Positions 28,779 through 38,077 of a stretch of DNA of 64,000 nt are shown one piece after another. The notes under the pieces were generated by a model. It saw only the letters and a list, made by a program, of their open reading frames with translations. It was not told the origin of the DNA and made no database searches. Within the stretch, counting starts at the first letter, position 1; the number at the start of each line of letters is the position of its first letter. The translations under genes and the position numbers were made by a program. The stretch is from a virus (taxonomy: Duplodnaviria > Caudoviricetes): the IMG/VR virus record IMGVR_UViG_3300005529_000010, positions 827 through 64,826 of that record; one strand, given 5' to 3'.

Positions 28779-29822
28779 TTACCAGGCGCTTCCGCCGATG
28801 TTGTACACCCACGCTCCAGAGTTCGACTTGGCGCAGACCAAGTTGTACCCAAGAACGACGATCCCCTGCTGGCCGATCTGGCCAAGAGGAACCAGAGAAT
28901 AGAAGCCCGAGAAATCGAGATTCGCGTCCTCCGATATGTACATGTTGAAGTATTTGAGGTTCGGGACGAACATCGAGCCCTTTGGCACGAAGTGATCCGC
29001 GAAGATCGGCACGCCCGAGACATTGAGGTTCGGGAAGCTCGACCGCGCCGGCGTTGAAATCTCGTACTGATTGCCGGGCCTGACGAACTGCTGCTCGGTC
29101 CCGATGAAGTCGGCGTTGAGCGTGGCGTGATCGGCCGGGTTCATGACCCCGAAGGTCGGCGCCTCGCCACCGGCGTTGTCGGTGATGTATTCCAGGACCG
29201 CCGCCATGGCCTTGCGGTTGAAGCCCAGCGTGTTCACCGAATAGGTGGAGAACTGGGTGGCCATGTTGATGTACTGGCCCTGGAAAGCCGAATTGCCGGG
29301 CGCGTTGCGGTTGATGCCGCCGTAGGTCGGAACGTTCGTGCCGTTGTCGAACGCCTCGACGAAACCCTGCGGCAATTGCAAATTGTTCGAATTGTTCGTG
29401 AACATCAGCCGCGCCATGTTCTGGCGGGTGACGGCGTAGGCGTCGTTCATGCGGGCCTTAAGCAGCGAGATCTCTCGCTCCGTGGCCTGGATGACCGTTT
29501 CGCCGAACGGCAGCGGGATCGGCACGACCCAATAGGCTGTCGCCCATTGCCCGTTCTGTATGCCCGGCGTGATGACTGGCGAGTTGAACCCGCCGCCATA
29601 GCCGGTGAACTGGCCCTGCACCATCGACTGTCCCTGCATCGGGATCGTGATCTGGTTGAGGCCGCCGGCGGAACGCTGTGCGTTGCCAAGCAAATAGAAG
29701 AGGGTCGCCGAAGCGAAATAGATTTGGACGAACAGCTTGGGCACGAACGCGCGGCGTGTGACCGCCGTCAATTCGTTGTACAGCCCGCCGGTCGGAACTG
29801 CGCCAATACCTGGTAGCGGCAT
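28779..29822 (-). CDS. Major capsid protein
   Basis: 347 aa after scaffold; GGINR, GVPIFADHFVP..MF..N.KY HK97-type C-terminal pattern; GGGAG RBS. Confidence 0.85.
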   Translation of the reverse strand: MPLPGIGAVPTGGLYNELTAVTRRAFVPKLFVQIYFASATLFYLLGNAQRSAGGLNQITIPMQGQSMVQGQFTGYGGGFNSPVITPGIQNGQWATAYWVVPIPLPFGETVIQATEREISLLKARMNDAYAVTRQNMARLMFTNNSNNLQLPQGFVEAFDNGTNVPTYGGINRNAPGNSAFQGQYINMATQFSTYSVNTLGFNRKAMAAVLEYITDNAGGEAPTFGVMNPADHATLNADFIGTEQQFVRPGNQYEISTPARSSFPNLNVSGVPIFADHFVPKGSMFVPNLKYFNMYISEDANLDFSGFYSLVPLGQIGQQGIVVLGYNLVCAKSNSGAWVYNIGGSAW

Positions 29823-29835
29823 CTCGTGATCTCCC

Positions 29836-30426
29836 TTACTTACGGACGCCGCCGCGCAGCTCGGTCAGAGTGCCGTCGATCATGCGGCGAAGCGCGATTT
29901 CGTCTTCGCCCCGCGTGTCCAAGAGCTTCTTGAATTGCTCGTCGTCCCGCGACGTCGGCTCGAACAGATTCCAGCTCCCGTACCCGTTGGTCGGGGCGCT
30001 GACATCGGTCGGCGGATGACGTTTGCGGAACAGAGCCTCGGCCGCTTCGAGATCCGGAATGCCGCGCTCTTCGGCGAGCTTCTCGATCTCGGCAATGCCT
30101 TCGTCGGTGTAGCCCTCGGCCCGAAGTCCGGCCTTCTGCTTCTCCCAACTGTTGGCGAAAGCGTCGCGGCGGGATTGCGCCTCGCGCTCGGCCTTCTCGT
30201 CGGCGATCTGCTTTTCGAGGGCTAGACGCGCCTCGCGTTCCTTCGCGATCTCGTCGCGAATCTCCGCCTTGGCGTCTGTCAGTGGCGTGGCCGCGTTCGG
30301 GTCGATTTCCCGGATTGCAGCTTCGAGCTTCTCGCGCGATTTCGGATTGCGCAGGAGATTTCCATACAGCTCCCGCAGCTTTACATTCGCGACAAATTCG
30401 CTCTCTTCGATCTCGCGCGTCGCCAT
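29836..30426 (-). CDS. Scaffolding protein
   Basis: Charged coiled-coil protein immediately upstream of capsid gene. Confidence 0.7.
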   Translation of the reverse strand: MATREIEESEFVANVKLRELYGNLLRNPKSREKLEAAIREIDPNAATPLTDAKAEIRDEIAKEREARLALEKQIADEKAEREAQSRRDAFANSWEKQKAGLRAEGYTDEGIAEIEKLAEERGIPDLEAAEALFRKRHPPTDVSAPTNGYGSWNLFEPTSRDDEQFKKLLDTRGEDEIALRRMIDGTLTELRGGVRK

Positions 30427-30429
30427 GGC

Positions 30430-30603
30430 TTAGGTCTTCGAGCCGGCGTTGGGGACGTGCTGGATCGACAGGTCGGGGCTTTTGCCCTGCGACGGAAGGT
30501 GATCCTTCCGGCCGCCGATCTCGTTCTCGTCCATGCGGACGCGGACGATCTGATCGTCCGACTTGGGCACCGTCTTGGTGCTGTCCTGGAAGATGTTAGC
30601 CAT
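30430..30603 (-). CDS. 57-aa head-module protein (absent from ORF track)
   Basis: Manual translation MANIFQDSTKTVPKSDDQIVRVRMDENEIGGRKDHLPSQGKSPDLSIQHVPNAGSKT; GAGGA RBS; fills the gap exactly. Confidence 0.7.
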   Translation of the reverse strand: MANIFQDSTKTVPKSDDQIVRVRMDENEIGGRKDHLPSQGKSPDLSIQHVPNAGSKT

Positions 30604-30612
30604 GTTGTGTCC

Positions 30613-31044
30613 TCACGCGGCGGTGGGCATCGGGCTCGGCGCGGGTCCACCGCCGCCGGCGCCTTGCTGCTGCGCCGCTCGCATTTGAGCGATCTGCGGA
30701 CCGGCCGAGGCCGACCGCAGCATCATGTTTTGAAGCTGATTCTTTTCGGCCGCCGGGTTGAGCGTGCCGGGTGGCGCGTGCTTCGCCAGTCGGCCGATCG
30801 CCTGATGGACGTCTCGGCCGACTTCCGAAGCGGTCCCCACAAGGGGGAGCGCCCGCTCCAATATCTGGACCGCAAGAGCGACCTGCTTGATGCCGGCCAT
30901 CTCCATGCCGCGATTTTGCGTCGGCTGCGTAGCCGGGGAGGAGCCCATAGGCGGCTGACCCGATTGCGCAGCGGCGCCGGGGGGCGAACCACCCGGAGTC
31001 GCGGCCGGAGGAGCACCGGCATTCATGGTCGCGCCGTCAGCCAT
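30613..31044 (-). CDS. Pro/Ala/Gln-rich head-module protein
   Basis: 143 aa in the capsid operon. Confidence 0.7.
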   Translation of the reverse strand: MADGATMNAGAPPAATPGGSPPGAAAQSGQPPMGSSPATQPTQNRGMEMAGIKQVALAVQILERALPLVGTASEVGRDVHQAIGRLAKHAPPGTLNPAAEKNQLQNMMLRSASAGPQIAQMRAAQQQGAGGGGPAPSPMPTAA

Positions 31045-31090
31045 CGGCTAACAGCGACCCTTTACGCTTTTTCATCCGATATCGGAGCAT
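31037..31090 (-). CDS. Basic micropeptide MLRYRMKKRKGSLLADG
   Basis: Starts 4 nt after the previous micro-ORF; overlaps start of the 31044 gene. Confidence 0.4.
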   Translation of the reverse strand: MLRYRMKKRKGSLLADG

Positions 31091-31094
31091 GGGG

Positions 31095-31136
31095 TTAGCG
31101 GTGCTTCCGACCGCGCCGACGATAGCGTACGTCCAT
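31095..31136 (-). CDS. Arg-rich micropeptide MDVRYRRRGRKHR
   Basis: GGAGG RBS 6 nt upstream of ATG; first ORF of the capsid block. Confidence 0.55.
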   Translation of the reverse strand: MDVRYRRRGRKHR

Positions 31137-31305
31137 GACGTGCCTCCGTGGGTTAAGGGTTGCGCAACGACCCGGGAACTCCTCGTTTCAACCGCCACCG
31201 GTCGGGCACACCCGAACCCGGAAGCAAATTGCCTGGGTCGTCTGCAATATTTACGGAGTGGCGTTATTGCCGAAGCTGGCGAAAGGTTGTAATTGACGCG
31301 TCGAG

Positions 31306-31521
31306 ATGACTTACGCTGTTCATCACTCGACAGTGGCGGCGAAGAAAGAAATCAAATGGATTTCGCCGAAGCGCGCCGCGACCATTCTCGGTAAAACGGT
31401 CGAGTGGCTGATGCGGGCCCGAAAAAAAGGGAGCGGCCCGCCCTATTACAATTCCGGTGGTCGCATTCAGTACGATGAAGACGAAGTGATCGCGTTTCGG
31501 GATTCGTGGCGCCGCGAATGA
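31306..31521 (+). CDS. Excisionase/AlpA-like HTH protein
   Basis: WISPKRAATILG..WL...R..G.GPPYY..GGRIQY. Confidence 0.8.
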   Translation: MTYAVHHSTVAAKKEIKWISPKRAATILGKTVEWLMRARKKGSGPPYYNSGGRIQYDEDEVIAFRDSWRRE

Positions 31522-33261
31522 TCAGCGGCGGTGGCCGCCGCTCTTCTCCAGCAATTTGATGAAGCCTTCCGGGTCGGTCTTCTGCAGCTCGGCCATCATC
31601 TTCTGCTGCTGCTCCGCGCGCTTCTTGATGCTCGCGTGCAGTCTCTCCTTATTCGGGAACGGCAGATTGTCGACGGCATAATCCGGGTCGACGAACCCCG
31701 CCTTGAGACCGAACGCGATGAGCTGCTGATGATCGTCGGCGAAGATCGGCGAGCCCGAATGCCCATCGACGCAAACGCGGTAATCGACCGGCAGGTCAGA
31801 CAGCGTGAAGCTGGTATCGTCGATCGTCTTGAGCGACGAACCGTCGGTCCAGAAATTTCGATTTTCCTTCGCCTCCATCATGCGCAACCGGAGATGCGCG
31901 GCCGAGGCGCATTGGCGCTCGACGATCAGCGACCGATCGCGCAGCGTCGGGCTGCCGGTTTTCAGGAGCGTGTTCGCATGGACGCCGGCGCGCACACCCT
32001 GCTCGCCCTTGCCCTGCATCAGCGCTTCGAAGCCGCCGAGGCTGTCGATCGCGCTCATGACCAGCTCCATGAGCGGGATGATCTCCGGCGGAAACTTCGG
32101 CGTCAGGTCCGACACGTTCGAGCCGGCGACGCCGTTGAAGAATCCAGCCGAGCGCATCTGGTCGTAAGTCTCGACCGTGATGCCGTCGAAGCCGGAGAAC
32201 GCGAGGATCTTATCCACCTGCAGTCCTGCCAGGCGCATGATGTCGACGCAGATCGTCGACAGCCAACCCTGCGGCTCGATCAGATCGGTGATCTCGGAAC
32301 GGCCCCAGATATAGCCGGTGACCGCGTTCGGCTGGATCAGCGTATAGGGATGCAGCCGGGTTTTGACCCGCGATCCCATCAGCAGATTTTCGCGCTTGTA
32401 GCGCGTGATCAGCACATCGGGTTCGATGATCTGGATCGTCTTGTAATCGCCGTCATCGCCCCACACCCACAGCTCGTGCATTTTCACGAGATCAACACCC
32501 ACCTCGGGGCCCATGATCGCGTAGTTCGGATCGTTGTTGAGCTGCACGATGCCGCCGGGCACCGGCCGCGTCATGCCGACGTTGCCGGTGTTGAGCGTCG
32601 AGGTCGACAGCACCTGGTGCAAGAACGTGCTGAATTCGGTGTTCGTATTGCCGCGCTGCGCGTGATCCTTGATCCGCTTGAACAGCGTCGGCGCTTCCGG
32701 CATGTGGTAAACGCGCTTCCACACCTCAGGAAGCGACATAAGGGTCGTCTCGCACATGGCCGGCTGCTTGTCGAGGTCGGCCACGTCTTCGCGGTAGACG
32801 CCGAAATGCCATGGCATGACCAGGCGAGCGCTATAGGTCGGCTGGCCGTCGGGCTCCTTCTCCACCCATTGCTTGAGAATGGATGCGCCGTATTTCAGGC
32901 TTTCAAAAACACCCTGCGAAAAGGTGATGTCGGTGTTGTTGTGCTCCCAATCGCGCGACAGCACCTTTGCGACCACCGCGCCGCGCTTCAGAATTTCTTC
33001 CGGATATTCGTTCTCGAAATCCACAGCGAAGCGAAGATCGGTCGGCGAGAACAGGTGAGAGGCCGCGCGATCGACATGCTTGAAGAGCTTGTTGATCAGC
33101 GACCGCGTTCCGTCCTGGCGACCGGTCTCGACGATCGCGTTGATCTGCCGGCAGAACGCGGCGCGAATGCCCTGGCTGACCTGGCACGCCTCGATGTAAT
33201 CGAGCGCTTCCTTGACGGCGCGGCGATTGTCGGGGGAGAGCGAGAGGACGGCGGCGACCAT
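31522..33261 (-). CDS. Portal protein
   Basis: 579 aa from MVAAVLSL; between terminase and scaffold; INKL, GY.WGRSE, QGKGEQGVR motifs. Confidence 0.8.
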   Translation of the reverse strand: MVAAVLSLSPDNRRAVKEALDYIEACQVSQGIRAAFCRQINAIVETGRQDGTRSLINKLFKHVDRAASHLFSPTDLRFAVDFENEYPEEILKRGAVVAKVLSRDWEHNNTDITFSQGVFESLKYGASILKQWVEKEPDGQPTYSARLVMPWHFGVYREDVADLDKQPAMCETTLMSLPEVWKRVYHMPEAPTLFKRIKDHAQRGNTNTEFSTFLHQVLSTSTLNTGNVGMTRPVPGGIVQLNNDPNYAIMGPEVGVDLVKMHELWVWGDDGDYKTIQIIEPDVLITRYKRENLLMGSRVKTRLHPYTLIQPNAVTGYIWGRSEITDLIEPQGWLSTICVDIMRLAGLQVDKILAFSGFDGITVETYDQMRSAGFFNGVAGSNVSDLTPKFPPEIIPLMELVMSAIDSLGGFEALMQGKGEQGVRAGVHANTLLKTGSPTLRDRSLIVERQCASAAHLRLRMMEAKENRNFWTDGSSLKTIDDTSFTLSDLPVDYRVCVDGHSGSPIFADDHQQLIAFGLKAGFVDPDYAVDNLPFPNKERLHASIKKRAEQQQKMMAELQKTDPEGFIKLLEKSGGHRR

Positions 33262-33263
33262 GA

Positions 33264-33842
33264 TTACGATCCGGGTCCGGCGTTGCCGCGTCGCACGACT
33301 TCGAGCGCCGGGCTGTCCGTCACCAAGCCGCCCGCCGCAGCGTGAGCCCGTCGCAACATTTGGGATGTCCGCAGCCCGGCATACGGCTCGGGGCCCTGGC
33401 CGGTGGTTTGCGCATATGCCTCGCCGCCGGCGAACCCGACAGGCATGCCGCGCGCCTGCATCTCGGCCATGCGCCGTGTGACGTCGTTCGCCGGCATCGC
33501 TACAGCAGCGGTGTCGCCCTCGCGCAGATTGTCCTTGAGATCGGTGATCTTCATGTCGGCGAAGTCGGACTCCGGCTGGCCGGTCATCTCGGCGGCCGCC
33601 TCGATGCGCGACTGCGCCTCCGCCTCCATCATGCGGTATGTGGCATCGCCGGCTTTCGCCTTGTTCGTGCCGATCATCGGCGCGGTGATCGCGGGGCTGA
33701 ACTCGGCGGCCCGCTCTTCGGACTGCGTGTCGTATCCGCACAGCGGACAGAAACGCGGCGGAGCTGTGTCGGTCGACGGGTGGTGGAGGTGCGAGAACTG
33801 GCCGCCACACTCCGGGCAATTATATGTGCGAAGTTTCGCCAT
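33264..33842 (-). CDS. FmdB-like zinc-ribbon protein
   Basis: TYNCPECG..CPLCG; between terL and portal. Confidence 0.7.
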   Translation of the reverse strand: MAKLRTYNCPECGGQFSHLHHPSTDTAPPRFCPLCGYDTQSEERAAEFSPAITAPMIGTNKAKAGDATYRMMEAEAQSRIEAAAEMTGQPESDFADMKITDLKDNLREGDTAAVAMPANDVTRRMAEMQARGMPVGFAGGEAYAQTTGQGPEPYAGLRTSQMLRRAHAAAGGLVTDSPALEVVRRGNAGPGS

Positions 33843-35767
33843 CACCTGCGCCCTCTCCATTGAGCGCGCCGCATCATAGCGAGTTGTGCTTGGCGCGCGC
33901 CAGCTTTTGCTTTGAAAAATGAATCCAATTGAGTTTGATTGAACATCGTTATTTGGTCTTTGATTGTCAGCCGCTTCTTGGCTTCTTCCTGCGCGCGCGT
34001 GCGACGGAAGGTGACCATCTCCTTGCGGGCGCGCTCTTCCCAGCAGCGCACGCCGAGCGCGAGCGAGATCACGCGATCATCTTTGTTGTTCTGTGACGCC
34101 TCGATCGAATCGCCCTCGCGCTGGATCGTCTTCATCTCCTCGATCGTGTCGTGCGATCGCAGACGAAGCATGCCGTTCGCGGTGAAATCGCGGAGGCGTT
34201 CCATCACGGCGACCTTGAGCTGAGCGGTCGTCTTGAAGTGCCAATTGTGGCCGGCCCCCATCGAGTCCGAGCGGTTGTAAATGTACTCCCGCACGTTGAA
34301 GAAAATGTTGCGCAGCCCCTTCTCGTCGATCGGCTTGGGCTGATAGCCGACCTGGATCTGATGCTTGAGCGATCGCAGCTCGTTCATCACCGCTTCGCCG
34401 GGACCGTTGATCTCCAGGATGAAATAGACGGTCGCCTTCCCATTGCCGCCGACGGTCGAATAGTGGCCGAGCAAAGACGCGATCACCCACGCGAACTGCC
34501 GCGTGTTGACGAGCGGCCAGGCATATTCGGCGACCTGGTCCATGCCATCGGCGTAGCAGCGCAACACCTGGATCGCCGAGCGATCGTTGTTCTCGTTGGC
34601 GCCGAAGGCGGGATCGGCCGCGATCACATAGACCGCGTCGTTCTCCGGCTCTTCCCACACCTTGAGCTGCACCGATCGCGCGTTCGGCGCCGGATAGATG
34701 CTGGACTCGGCGAACTCGATTCCGGTGCCGTAGCTGTAGGTTTTGAATTTGTTGCTGACGTGATTGTTTTCCTGGTCGGTCAGAGATCCCGGATCGAAGA
34801 ACGTGGCGCCGGTGACCTGGAAAGCCTCTTCCTCGGTCCACGGCTGTTCTTGGATTTCGAGCACGTCGCCCTCGAACTCCGCGTCGGCATCGCCGTCGGG
34901 CTCGGCGAGCGGGTCCATCTTCCAACGAATCCATGCGAGCTGTTCAGCCGTGACTTCCCAGCCGTAGCGATCGCGCACCTCGCGGATCTTCTGCAGCTCC
35001 TTGTCCGATGGCGGCTGCATGCCGTAGCGCAGGAAGTCGGGATGCTCGCGGGAGATGAACTGCGTGTCTTTGGCCCACCAGCCGATAAATATCGGGACCT
35101 GGTGCGAGGTGTCGGCTTTCGCCTCCCGCCACATCTTGTGCCACTGGTTGTAGCCGCGCGCCGTCGATTCCCAGAGATAGAGGCGATCGGGGTACTGGTC
35201 CGACAGCGAGTTCTCGAAGGCCGTCAGGCCCTCGGTATTGTCCCACGAGCACATCTCGCTCGCGTGAACGAAGTTGACACCGGCCGACCGACCGAGCACA
35301 CCGGACGTCTTACCCGCACGCACGCCGGCCGAGGCGAAGTTGCAGATCGAATCGTTTTCGAGCTGCAGCATGGTCCGATTGTTCACGACGATGCCGGGGA
35401 AGTGCAGCGACTTCGGCAGGTTTTCCAGCATGACCGTCAGCTCGGTACGGGCGCGCTCTTTGTTGCCGTCGGTGTCGAACACCATGAAGCCGTTCAGGCC
35501 GTCATGGATGCCGATCCAGAACAGCGTGAGCGCGCGCGACAGCGTCGAGATTCCGAGCTGGCGAGATTTCAGAACCTTGAAATCGTGCTTGTCCTGGCTG
35601 AGCCCGGAAAAGATGCCGTCCAGCAATCGCTGCTGAGCACGGTAGACGTGCTCGCCTAAAATAATCTTTCCTAAATCTTTAGAGTTGACCTGGACGTACT
35701 GCAGGAAATTGAGGAATTCCTGTTCGAATATTTGAACCTTTTCTTTATTCCAGCCGCCGGTCAGCAC
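33842..35767 (-). CDS. terL: Terminase large subunit
   Basis: VLKSRQLGIST (Walker A), FVHASE (Walker B), ESTARG, IAADPA and DDRV nuclease motifs. Confidence 0.92.
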   Translation of the reverse strand: MLTGGWNKEKVQIFEQEFLNFLQYVQVNSKDLGKIILGEHVYRAQQRLLDGIFSGLSQDKHDFKVLKSRQLGISTLSRALTLFWIGIHDGLNGFMVFDTDGNKERARTELTVMLENLPKSLHFPGIVVNNRTMLQLENDSICNFASAGVRAGKTSGVLGRSAGVNFVHASEMCSWDNTEGLTAFENSLSDQYPDRLYLWESTARGYNQWHKMWREAKADTSHQVPIFIGWWAKDTQFISREHPDFLRYGMQPPSDKELQKIREVRDRYGWEVTAEQLAWIRWKMDPLAEPDGDADAEFEGDVLEIQEQPWTEEEAFQVTGATFFDPGSLTDQENNHVSNKFKTYSYGTGIEFAESSIYPAPNARSVQLKVWEEPENDAVYVIAADPAFGANENNDRSAIQVLRCYADGMDQVAEYAWPLVNTRQFAWVIASLLGHYSTVGGNGKATVYFILEINGPGEAVMNELRSLKHQIQVGYQPKPIDEKGLRNIFFNVREYIYNRSDSMGAGHNWHFKTTAQLKVAVMERLRDFTANGMLRLRSHDTIEEMKTIQREGDSIEASQNNKDDRVISLALGVRCWEERARKEMVTFRRTRAQEEAKKRLTIKDQITMFNQTQLDSFFKAKAGARQAQLAMMRRAQWRGRR

Positions 35768-35773
35768 ATGGGG

Positions 35774-36043
35774 CTAATAGCGCCCGTATCCGCTTTGCGC
35801 AACCCGCTGTTTTTCCTCCAGCTCGGCGATCTGCATCTCGGCCGTGGTTTTCAGCAGCGACCAAAACATGGCTGGGCTTTTTTGATTGTTCAGCAACAGC
35901 AGCTCGACCGGATCGCCCTCGGGGGGCACGACGACGAAGGCGCCGGCGAACCCCTCTTGAGCGTTGAGGTCGACGCGATCGGCCATCTTGCGGAACGGCG
36001 CCGATCGCGCGGCCGCGTCGATGTCTTCAATCAGGTTGGTCAC
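35774..36043 (-). CDS. Hypothetical protein upstream of terL
   Basis: GTG start overlapping the upstream stop (GTGA). Confidence 0.6.
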   Translation of the reverse strand: MTNLIEDIDAAARSAPFRKMADRVDLNAQEGFAGAFVVVPPEGDPVELLLLNNQKSPAMFWSLLKTTAEMQIAELEEKQRVAQSGYGRY

Positions 36044-36279
36044 GATGTTGGCTCCGAATACCAGATGTCGACTATAGCCGAAGGGACGAACGCCCGGCGG
36101 GTCACGTTGCAAAGCGAGGCATAGACAGACACGGAGTCGCCGCGCGCGAGATCGACACTAATAAACGACTTGCCAATCTGCCGGGGCTTCATGATCAAAG
36201 CGGCAGGTGGGCTTAAGGCCGAGGTCGCAGCCAGCGCCGCGACTCCACGGAAGAAACCCCTGCGGTTTAGCTTTGTCAT
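36040..36279 (-). CDS. 79-aa protein with Tat-type signal and capsid-like/terminase-like motifs
   Basis: NRRGFFR + hydrophobic stretch; KPRQIGKS; YASLCNVTRRAFVP. Confidence 0.7.
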   Translation of the reverse strand: MTKLNRRGFFRGVAALAATSALSPPAALIMKPRQIGKSFISVDLARGDSVSVYASLCNVTRRAFVPSAIVDIWYSEPTS

Positions 36280-36288
36280 GGTGGCCTT

Positions 36289-36471
36289 TTATCGATGCCA
36301 GAGACCGAGTGGATGCAGCGGCATGTACTGCAGCAGCACCAACAGGAAGATGATCAGGAAGATGATGATCACGACGGTTTTGAAGGGCGGAGGCAGGGGG
36401 ATCATGGTGATCACCGCGTAGATCAGCCCAAAAAACAAAACCAGCACGAGCAAGGTGATTAAAATATCCAT
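36289..36471 (-). CDS. Two-TM small membrane protein (Thivi_2564-like)
   Basis: LLVLVLFFGLIY..IPLPPPFK..IIFL; GGAGG RBS. Confidence 0.7.
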   Translation of the reverse strand: MDILITLLVLVLFFGLIYAVITMIPLPPPFKTVVIIIFLIIFLLVLLQYMPLHPLGLWHR

Positions 36472-36485
36472 TACGGCGTCCTCCA

Positions 36486-36581
36486 TCACCAGAACTTCAA
36501 GATGAAATGGGTGTAGGCGACAAGGATACCAACGATGTAGATGCCAAGAAGAACGAACGCGCCCTTGACCAGCGGGGTCAC
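36486..36581 (-). CDS. 31-aa membrane peptide
   Basis: Manual translation MTPLVKGAFVLLGIYIVGILVAYTHFILKFW; GTGA-coupled. Confidence 0.5.
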   Translation of the reverse strand: MTPLVKGAFVLLGIYIVGILVAYTHFILKFW

Positions 36582-37345
36582 AGCGCGATCCCCTTCATTT
36601 GCAACAGGCGCTCGTAGATCGAGAAATCCTTGCAGTGCGTCAGGTAATCGATCCCATAGGGGAAGGCGTGCGCCAGGTTGTTGACCGTCACCCGATCGAG
36701 GTCGTTGCGCAGCCCGCGCAGCGGCAGGATGAACAGCTCGTCGCCGATCAGCCTCTCGAAAATAACCTCAGGGATCGAGCCAGGCGTTAATGGCTCGTTT
36801 CCACGATTGGGCCAGTCGTATCGCTCGACGAAGCGTGATTTGCGCAGATAGGCGACGTCGAGGAACATCAGGCCGTTTTCGAGGAACTGATAGATCGGGT
36901 CCATCGGACACGCGGCGGCGATGCCGTGCCGAGCAAGCCTGTCGACGATCGGCGCGACCGGCCGCGTGAAGACGATATCGACATCCTTGTACGCGATGAA
37001 GTCGTATTCGTGCTCGATCGCTATCTCGATGCCCCTGCATAGCGCCCGCCCCCATCCGTCCCGTCGTGTCGTGTTTAGGTGGCCGATATTGTCGGCGAAT
37101 TCATAAATAGAATATTTCCGATTTTCCCTTCCGGTCCATCGTTGAAAGCCGTAGGGCTCCAAAAAGTCACGGGGCGGGGTCGGCGACGCGCTGTCGACGA
37201 TCAGGATGTCCGTGTCCGGATTGAGATGCTGCGCCAGCCGCGCCCACAGCGTGACGAGCTTGGCCCCATAGCCCTGCGCGCCCTCGCCGACATAGGACGT
37301 GCCCAGGATGAGCGTGCGGGGCTTAATATCCTGGGAGGTGGTCAT
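36578..37345 (-). CDS. Putative GT-A glycosyltransferase
   Basis: ILIVDSAS and YDFIAYKDVD (DxD) motifs. Confidence 0.65.
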   Translation of the reverse strand: MTTSQDIKPRTLILGTSYVGEGAQGYGAKLVTLWARLAQHLNPDTDILIVDSASPTPPRDFLEPYGFQRWTGRENRKYSIYEFADNIGHLNTTRRDGWGRALCRGIEIAIEHEYDFIAYKDVDIVFTRPVAPIVDRLARHGIAAACPMDPIYQFLENGLMFLDVAYLRKSRFVERYDWPNRGNEPLTPGSIPEVIFERLIGDELFILPLRGLRNDLDRVTVNNLAHAFPYGIDYLTHCKDFSIYERLLQMKGIAL

Positions 37346-37541
37346 ACTTCCCCTCGATCTCCGTTGAAAGCGCCGTCCCCACCGAAGCTGAGTTCATGAC
37401 CTGGTTGGCGAGCGCCTTGGGCACCCCGGCGTAGCGGGAAAATTTGCCGCTGATCCACATCACGACCAGCTCGCCGGTACTATCGTCCCAGCCGATTTTG
37501 CTTACGCGCTTGGAGAACACGTTGCGCATTTCCAAACTCAT
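37323..37541 (-). CDS. KTSC domain protein
   Basis: V.S..VSKIGWD....LVV...SG...RY.GVP......MNSASVG. Confidence 0.8.
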   Translation of the reverse strand: MSLEMRNVFSKRVSKIGWDDSTGELVVMWISGKFSRYAGVPKALANQVMNSASVGTALSTEIEGKYDHLPGY

Positions 37542-37746
37542 GGGCGCGCTCCTGTTCGGGATGGGCCATTATTGCGTCGATGTTCTGTCGCACCCACGCG
37601 AGGGTCGCCGGCAGCCCGGCCTGCCGGTAGTAGGCGAGCACGGTTTCAGACGCGATTTTGATCGGCGCGTAATTGAGGAGCTGACGCAGCTCCGGAGGGA
37701 GCTGATCGTGAGCGGCCATTCGGCCCTCGACGCCGGCCTGAACCAT
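37480..37746 (-). CDS. Hypothetical protein
   Basis: MAAHDQLPPELR motif; fills operon gap. Confidence 0.5.
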   Translation of the reverse strand: MVQAGVEGRMAAHDQLPPELRQLLNYAPIKIASETVLAYYRQAGLPATLAWVRQNIDAIMAHPEQERAHEFGNAQRVLQARKQNRLGR

Positions 37747-37747
37747 C

Positions 37748-38077
37748 TCATGCTCGGCCGACCTTCGGGGGCTCGACGCCGTAATTCTCGGCCGCGTCCT
37801 GCATCAGCTCATGCACGATCGGCCCAAGCACCGTGTCGTTGTCCTCGATCGTCTCGTCGGCGAACAGCAGCATGGGGATGCAGAGGATCGCGCCCTCCAT
37901 CAGCCGCGAGCCGACCGGCACCTTCCACGCGATGATTCGCCGGCGCTCGGGATCATGCCCGCCGAGACCGCGGAACTCCTCCAGCCGCTCGCCGGGCGCC
38001 GGCATGCGGATACGAAACTGCCGATCCGGATGCTCCTGGAAAAAGATGTTGTCGGCGACCTGGGCAAGCGCGCTCAT
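37748..38077 (-). CDS. Hypothetical protein
   Basis: ATGA-coupled; GGAG RBS. Confidence 0.6.
   Translation of the reverse strand: MSALAQVADNIFFQEHPDRQFRIRMPAPGERLEEFRGLGGHDPERRRIIAWKVPVGSRLMEGAILCIPMLLFADETIEDNDTVLGPIVHELMQDAAENYGVEPPKVGRA

Noticed and set aside
31522-33819. 765-aa portal as given in the ORF track
   Set aside because: The first 186 codons overlap the zinc-ribbon gene in another frame; ATG at 33261 is the plausible start
35774-36043. Terminase small subunit
   Set aside because: Position fits but no HTH or TerS motif is recognisable; left as hypothetical
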